A stretch of 64,000 nucleotides of DNA from positions 1 to 64,000 of IMG/VR virus record IMGVR_UViG_3300044712_000083; one strand, written 5' to 3'. This DNA is from a virus. The position numbers and the translations under genes are program-made. Shown piece by piece: positions 58,901 through 64,000 of the stretch. How positions within the stretch are numbered: position 1 is the stretch's first letter; every line of letters starts with the position of its first letter. The notes beneath the pieces were generated by a model. It did no database searches, was not told the origin of the DNA, and was given only the letters and a program-made list of their open reading frames with translations.

Positions 58901-61469
58901 CTAACTCATCTGTATAAATAAGATTACCTAATTTGACAGCAACATCTTTGAATCTATCAGATGTTTTGATAAATAATCTCATTTCATCAGAAAACTCTGA
59001 TAATTGTTTATCAGTTAATGACTTATCAAATACATCTCTGTCTTTGTATAGTAAGTTGTATTCATTGATGATACGCTCACCAGTGTTTCTTATATTACGA
59101 ATAACCTGAACAAGCTCACTTAGATCACCAGCTGTTTGTGTAATACGAATAGCTCTACTAAGAAGTGCAAGTCTTTCTTTTCTTAAGTCACGATCTTCTT
59201 CTTTAACTTCTTCTTGTTCTGTCATTTTATATAACAATACAAGATCCGCTACAACTTCATCAAGATCAGTATCACCTGTAGATTCTAATTCTTCAGATAC
59301 TGGCAATAAGTATAACTCATTCTCAACATCAATTCTACTAGCATCAACATCTCCAATAGAAATACTAGATAAACGTAAATCTGATTCAGGATCTTTTCTA
59401 TCCTTACGCTTGAACTCCATAGCAATTGGAATAGCTCTCACCATACCAAAGTCCTCAACTCCATATTGCTCACGCAAGATTTGACGATATCTACTCAACT
59501 GAATACCAAATGCACCTTGCTTAAACCAAGCAACATCATCTTGATCATTCTTAATGTGCATGAACTTCCAGTCAAGGATGTGTGTCTTACCAGAAGGTTC
59601 TATAGCTAAGAAGTCAATTGTACCAGCCTCATCTGCAATAGGATCATAGATTACAACCTCAGATAAGATTAATGTATCTTTATCAAGTGTATCTATTAAT
59701 TCTAAATAGTAGTTCTCTAGTTCTTCATACATTCCATATGAAGGAAGATTAATCTCTTCTTGACTAGGAGCTTCTAAAGGTTTTGTTCTTCTAGTTCCAT
59801 CTTCATTAAAGTATCTTCTATGGATTTCTTCTAAGTCTAAGTGACCAGCAATACCATAAGTTCTCTTTAATTCATTGAACTTCTTCTCTATGTCTGTAAA
59901 CTCTTTTTTAGGAAACTTCTTATTATACCAAGCTTTAACACGGTCTGTTACACGATTAGCAATTTTCTTAGCACTAGCTTGATTCTCATACCAGTTAGTA
60001 GCTTCTTCTGTATCTAATAGAATAGGATCAGCCTTTTCATCAGAGTATTTCTTTTTAATAAGATTCTTTGTATCCTCGATGTTCTTTATAATTTGCTCTT
60101 GAGCAGCAGTTACTGACTTCTGATAGAATACACCATTTGCTTGTAATTGATCTACAGTACCAATGTCTCCTGTAATAATCTGTTGAGCAGCCTCCTCAAA
60201 CAAAGACATATCTGTCTTACGATATTGTCCATTGATGAAATCCATAATAGCATTCCACCATCTACGAATCATAGACAGGTTCTCTCTTTCAAGAAGCTCT
60301 GGGTATTGTTGTGAGTTGTCTAGGCTATTGATTATAACCTCAGCGATCAATTTATCTACAGCTTCCTTCTTGATCTTACGAATATCAGGTTTACCATTTG
60401 GTAACTGATAGTCTGGATCATTCTTGTAGGCTTCTAGCACTTCTTTATAGATGGCAAAGCGATCAATCTTAGAGATCATTTCTGTTACCATAGAAGGATT
60501 CATGATCTCTATCATTGCTGTAGCAACGTGCACAACCTCTTCTGTTAATGCTTGTCCTTCTTTACCATCAGCAATAGCAATAACACGTCTTACTAAGTCA
60601 GCAAGACCAGTGATATCATTACGCTTAAGTCCAGTTGATTTCATGTAATCAGATAACTTCTGGATAGGTACACCCATCTTCTCAGCTATCTTCTTAAGTT
60701 TTTCTAAAGCTTGCTCAGATGCTACAGACTGACGCATTGGTCCTTTCTTCTGATAGGATGTAGCAGAAGAAGCTGATTTATTAGTTGCTACAAACTTTCT
60801 AAATCCTTCTATATCTTTTGCAGAACCTAGTATATGAATTTGTTCTGGATCAAATACAGTGACATCATTCTTTGTTACCTTCTCACCATTAACATTATAC
60901 TTAATTGGTAGAATTATAGAATCTTTTTTAGCTGCCTTTAATCTTTTTTCATTTGGTGAAGTAGGACTACCAAATTTTTTTTCACGCATTTCATCAAAGC
61001 CTTCTATTGTTGGTACTATAGTATATGGAGATTTAACATCTAAGATTGCTTGATATACTCTTCCTTTTCCATCTTCACCAATATAAGAAGAAGTTATTCT
61101 TTTACTAGGTGTAAAAAATATACCAGATGTAGTTCCATTAGATGGATCACTCATCTCCCAACCTTCTGAAAATGGCTTTTTAAAAACTTCAATATTAGTA
61201 GCTTTACTTCCGTGATATAAAATATCTTTTACTTGACTATCAGGAAAGATAGTATCTAAGTATGCAGAGTATTCTTCTTCATCACCAATCTCAGCTAGTT
61301 CAGGAGTAGATGAGAATACACTAGCTACTCCTGGTTTAACTGTTGGTATATATTCTTCTTGAGGAACTTCTCCTTCATATATATCCCATAGGAAATATGC
61401 TATATCGTTTCCTCTAGCTGCTACTAACTGATTCCAAGAATCTAAATTTTTATTTGGACAAGTTGCCAT
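55944..61469 (-). CDS. large virion cargo/ejection protein with ART-like, zincin-like and PD-(D/E)XK domains
   Basis: LYHGS...GIFFT...VY.AILD; EEVVH; GTIDFLAI...ILDWK; TM segment near the C-terminus. Confidence 0.75.
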   Translation of the reverse strand: MATCPNKNLDSWNQLVAARGNDIAYFLWDIYEGEVPQEEYIPTVKPGVASVFSSTPELAEIGDEEEYSAYLDTIFPDSQVKDILYHGSKATNIEVFKKPFSEGWEMSDPSNGTTSGIFFTPSKRITSSYIGEDGKGRVYQAILDVKSPYTIVPTIEGFDEMREKKFGSPTSPNEKRLKAAKKDSIILPIKYNVNGEKVTKNDVTVFDPEQIHILGSAKDIEGFRKFVATNKSASSATSYQKKGPMRQSVASEQALEKLKKIAEKMGVPIQKLSDYMKSTGLKRNDITGLADLVRRVIAIADGKEGQALTEEVVHVATAMIEIMNPSMVTEMISKIDRFAIYKEVLEAYKNDPDYQLPNGKPDIRKIKKEAVDKLIAEVIINSLDNSQQYPELLERENLSMIRRWWNAIMDFINGQYRKTDMSLFEEAAQQIITGDIGTVDQLQANGVFYQKSVTAAQEQIIKNIEDTKNLIKKKYSDEKADPILLDTEEATNWYENQASAKKIANRVTDRVKAWYNKKFPKKEFTDIEKKFNELKRTYGIAGHLDLEEIHRRYFNEDGTRRTKPLEAPSQEEINLPSYGMYEELENYYLELIDTLDKDTLILSEVVIYDPIADEAGTIDFLAIEPSGKTHILDWKFMHIKNDQDDVAWFKQGAFGIQLSRYRQILREQYGVEDFGMVRAIPIAMEFKRKDRKDPESDLRLSSISIGDVDASRIDVENELYLLPVSEELESTGDTDLDEVVADLVLLYKMTEQEEVKEEDRDLRKERLALLSRAIRITQTAGDLSELVQVIRNIRNTGERIINEYNLLYKDRDVFDKSLTDKQLSEFSDEMRLFIKTSDRFKDVAVKLGNLIYTDELAESAKTKEEKKQVAERKRVLEELTLEASAIARTQQSVKKLLIGKGGFGDKYIGWRNLVGGLMDPEAVIKGISSWFRGVSDLGSKSLQILFKVTQAAENKASKDGIALVNELLEIRKELMEGGNVMEKIRSIYQKDDEGKRMNNLVYVYTKEFREAVDKNANDPEGGDKNWLLNNIDVEAYKKEAAEVLDRQIKSIERNNPGNDDETIKRRKFLIEQQKRKYDIDRVDFDGWNNYIVKRHPLEKWYSEEYKRIMQDPGLLKLYNFIEKVNNIAAEEGYISNMIKKTFLPFVAKTMAEEVAFDGVGSAIANFYENLGKIGDDLRITSKDVGLGEINQFTQQIENGIPKYYTKDFTKKEAGDTTDFSQISEDIFANLVLYIQHVQKYKYLKEVSGQLKLLSTIEEFKGHLQTTRLGDVVTKEDGTPVVITTENKENTETYDNFYKALVLQQRYPLSDADTAIGNPMNIIKRLINKAAGREVYKENPTPLSAVKTMEKINKWYQLKALGLDPFSGLANLFGANIQMSALAGTYFKSREFLSSEADLMSGIFQNEESAETFVQLMETFMPLKDSPFKKLYEEAGISALTRANLGDMLMFFMRKPEEFIDKAVFLTLMKNSMVVDGNIVNIKQYVSAKYQNRADSSALYRESKKKINEEIEELKKTKSMWVTKRLENGKLVIPGLDLNNLDETQRLTNLSRNIARSITGNLSNGDINKAGMNIWARSAMVFQNWIPRLVDVRFSEFKKTSDDFSVRIDPVTGKVTGERYDIGRLRLLTTVWVTSVRDLSSNITNILTANEKGMAIIDELFLKYKKEWKDRTGTEMNMSKADFTDMIVNNLRNQIKELGILFTLMTILFTGGFGLIAPDDDDDKATKNAKRYTERMLNKFTDELSFFYNPMEIERILSGDKLPALGLFADVFKFAGQLGQEITGQDFDAETTPEEVRKKVYPIKTLMKLTPGFKPVINLGASFSNDFAKEFDITIQAENNMR

Positions 61470-61470
61470 A

Positions 61471-64000
61471 TTAACAGATTAAATCATTTAGAATTTTACC
61501 AATTTCCTTTATGGAGAAGCCAGCAGCTAGTAAGTTCTCTGCAGTTACATCAGCTTTATTCCAAGGCTTACCTCTTAATAGAACTGTTTCTTCAGCAGTA
61601 GGATTCTCAACTACAGCATCTCCTTGATCACCGCGTAATTCATCTCTAACTTCCATAATTATTTTTGAGAATCTTCCTTTATCTTGTTCTACACCACCAA
61701 GCTTATGTGTAATTTCCATGTTGCCTGTTTCTAATAACTTCTCTAACTTGTCTGGATTCTGAGTGAATGATTCAGTCATTAACTTCTTCATCACTTTGTT
61801 GTAAGCACCATCCCACTGTTTAGTGTTCAAGTCTTTGATTCCTTCACCAATCTTCTTAGCGTTGTAACCATTTGCTTTAACTAATGAATCTAAAGTCTTT
61901 TGCTGATCAGCAGTTAGTTTACGAGTCTTTAAGTAACTGTTTGTATATAACAATTTAGATGCTTGTAATGCTCCTTCTACAGTTAAGAATACTTTATACT
62001 TTCCTGCAATTAATGTACGGAAACGCTTAAAGGCAAAGTTACTTAAATCTTTGTATTCTCCACTAGTAAACATTACATTTATTTTTTCAACATCTTCTGT
62101 CTGCTCATTCTGTACAGGAGTTCCTAAAGACTTGTCAAAATAGTAAAGTACATTCTCATCTGTAACTTCTGATTTAGAAATACGTTGACCTTTGCTGTTC
62201 TGTGCATTTACAACTTTGATGTATCCATTGTCAATTACAGAAGCTCTATTTGTGTCATAGTATTCATTAGCTCTGAAACCATCACCCAAAGCATTGATCA
62301 TCTTATAGATGTAGCTCTTGTATGTTTTACCATCACTACCAATGTTTGTTCTCATGTAAGGTTTTCCATCTGCATCTTTAACACGTTGGAACAATCCTTT
62401 ATATATAAATGAATAGTCTCCTTTAGCTCTCATTGCAAACTTCTGCTTTGATGTAAGCTTAGGATCTTCCCATGTATATGTAATCACATCACTATTAGAC
62501 TCTTTGCTAAATGCAGAGATCTTAATGATCATTGGTAAGTTCTTGAATGCTACAGCTTGCTTCACTGATTTAGGAAGGATAAGATCAGGATTAAACTTAC
62601 GACCTGTAGCTTCACTAACTTTATACTTACCACGCTTAGTAGGTACAACATCGCTATTGTTCCAGTTGTTTCTTTGGAAAGCATTCATTGTATAGAAATC
62701 ATCCAAGTTTGTCATCTTATCAATCTTAGATAAGGCAGCATTGTAGATATCTGTAAAGTCCTCATAAGGAAGTAAAGATGTAAATGAAATAGGAGATGAT
62801 GTAAGACCTGACTGTAGAACAGCTACGTTAACTAAGTTCTTGTATAGATCTTCGTTCTCTCTTCCTTTCAAATAATTCTTGATCTCTTCAAATGCATAGA
62901 TGATTTGGTTTTGATCGTACACCTTGTTATCCTTATTGATAATCTGAATGTTATATACGTTGCTACCATCTTGATCAATGGAAGTCATACGTAACGAGTT
63001 GATTACCTGATTGTTATAAAGATCATGAGTTGGATTAGCTTTAACTTCATTCACAAAGTTCATCATCTTATTAGCAAAGTTTTCCTTATCGCTAATTAAT
63101 AACTCAGGAATAAACGCTGCCATATTACCATCAACTTGTACAGCCCAGTCAAATAAACTCTTAACTGCCATCTGTGCAACCTTAGTAAAGTCTCTATCTG
63201 ACATATCTACATATGGCTCAAGAACACGGTGCATCAACGGTCTAATGTTTCCTGAATCAGAGATTAGGAACTTAGCAAGACCATCTCTAATTTCTTTGAT
63301 GTAGTCATATAGATTTTTGATGAATGATTCTTCCATCAACATATCTACACCAGGAACAACTGTACCCTCACTGTTTAATGATGAGAACATTGTACCTTGA
63401 GCTTTGTCAAGTTGCATTTGCTTCTTGAATACAATGAATGGATCATTGATTGTAGCTGTGTCAAAGTTAGAACCTTGTGTCACTTGATATAAGTGATTAG
63501 CCATTCTAGCATACTTCAAGAACTCCTTCAACATGTATCTCTGCTCAGCTTTCTCTGATGAAGTAAGTTTAGAAACTTTCTTACCAACTAAACCTGCAAG
63601 AGTATCCGCATCAGGAATCTTTGTAGATTTCTCTGACATAGTAGAAGAGTAATCATTTAGAGTATCTTCTAATACACCATCATTGAACAACCAACTATAT
63701 CCTTGGCTTTCTAACTTACGTAAGAAGTCACGAATGATTGGTTGGTTCATGAACATAGCTACATCACGAATAGGTACACCAGCCTTAACTAAGAACATCC
63801 AAGTGGAGGCTACGTTAGGAGTAGCACCAAGTTCCATAATCCATGGACCTTTTGCAATATCCACATAACCATCAATGAACTGTCCTAAGATGTCAGAGAT
63901 GTATTCTTTAGCTTTGTTCTTAATCATTGACAAAGTAACAACCTTTCCTAATGTAGGATGATCAACTTCATTCTTCATCTCAAAGTTAATCACACCATCT
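61471..64000 (-). CDS. C-terminal part of a crAss-like virion RNA polymerase-type protein with a NADAR-like domain (5' end outside the window)
   Basis: IS..L.QF.D.YVDIAK.PWI..L motif typical of the crAss RNAP C-terminal region; LSNF...TVE.A.Q..K...AKK.G...W...M...F.QN...LL.TG; catalytic DxDxD not in the window. Confidence 0.65.
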   Translation of the reverse strand, partial: DGVINFEMKNEVDHPTLGKVVTLSMIKNKAKEYISDILGQFIDGYVDIAKGPWIMELGATPNVASTWMFLVKAGVPIRDVAMFMNQPIIRDFLRKLESQGYSWLFNDGVLEDTLNDYSSTMSEKSTKIPDADTLAGLVGKKVSKLTSSEKAEQRYMLKEFLKYARMANHLYQVTQGSNFDTATINDPFIVFKKQMQLDKAQGTMFSSLNSEGTVVPGVDMLMEESFIKNLYDYIKEIRDGLAKFLISDSGNIRPLMHRVLEPYVDMSDRDFTKVAQMAVKSLFDWAVQVDGNMAAFIPELLISDKENFANKMMNFVNEVKANPTHDLYNNQVINSLRMTSIDQDGSNVYNIQIINKDNKVYDQNQIIYAFEEIKNYLKGRENEDLYKNLVNVAVLQSGLTSSPISFTSLLPYEDFTDIYNAALSKIDKMTNLDDFYTMNAFQRNNWNNSDVVPTKRGKYKVSEATGRKFNPDLILPKSVKQAVAFKNLPMIIKISAFSKESNSDVITYTWEDPKLTSKQKFAMRAKGDYSFIYKGLFQRVKDADGKPYMRTNIGSDGKTYKSYIYKMINALGDGFRANEYYDTNRASVIDNGYIKVVNAQNSKGQRISKSEVTDENVLYYFDKSLGTPVQNEQTEDVEKINVMFTSGEYKDLSNFAFKRFRTLIAGKYKVFLTVEGALQASKLLYTNSYLKTRKLTADQQKTLDSLVKANGYNAKKIGEGIKDLNTKQWDGAYNKVMKKLMTESFTQNPDKLEKLLETGNMEITHKLGGVEQDKGRFSKIIMEVRDELRGDQGDAVVENPTAEETVLLRGKPWNKADVTAENLLAAGFSIKEIGKILNDLIC

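Noticed and set aside
1-64000. Stop-codon reassignment (TAG or TGA), known in some crAss-like phages
   Set aside because: Long genes are intact in code 11, and TAG/TGA end genes at sensible coupled boundaries; no suppressor tRNA seen

Overview
A 64-kb segment of a lytic tailed dsDNA phage genome, most likely crAss-like (Crassvirales-related) and infecting a Bacteroidota host. Support: TAnnTTTG promoters, A/C-rich leaders without Shine-Dalgarno sites, a PolB/DnaB/SF2/AAA_24/DnaG/UDG/PD-(D/E)XK replication block, and giant virion RNAP/cargo-type genes. It has two converging arms. The + arm (1-32065) carries small early genes, a tRNA-like RNA, a MoxR/CobS-type AAA+ ATPase with its partner, replication, recombination and nucleotide genes, and glycosyl/methyltransferases. 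The - arm (64000-32132) carries the end of a virion RNAP-like gene, a 1841-aa cargo protein, a tail fibre, a lysis cassette, a CsgG/cohesin-dockerin/beta-barrel envelope module, modular Thr-rich proteins with glycosyltransferases, and small basic proteins. I found no capsid, portal, terminase, integrase or CRISPR array. The most unusual signals are: (i) 'anti-start-codon' RNA segments placed before terminators, one with its own promoter and one pairing over 16 nt with the start of a lone counter-oriented membrane-peptide gene; (ii) a SERGT1/HPAT-like protein O-glycosyltransferase sitting among poly-Thr modular proteins; (iii) the CsgG-centred envelope operon; (iv) a tRNA body without an anticodon loop; (v) NADAR and ART domains in adjacent virion-delivered proteins. 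All family calls come from motif recognition by eye; no searches were run.
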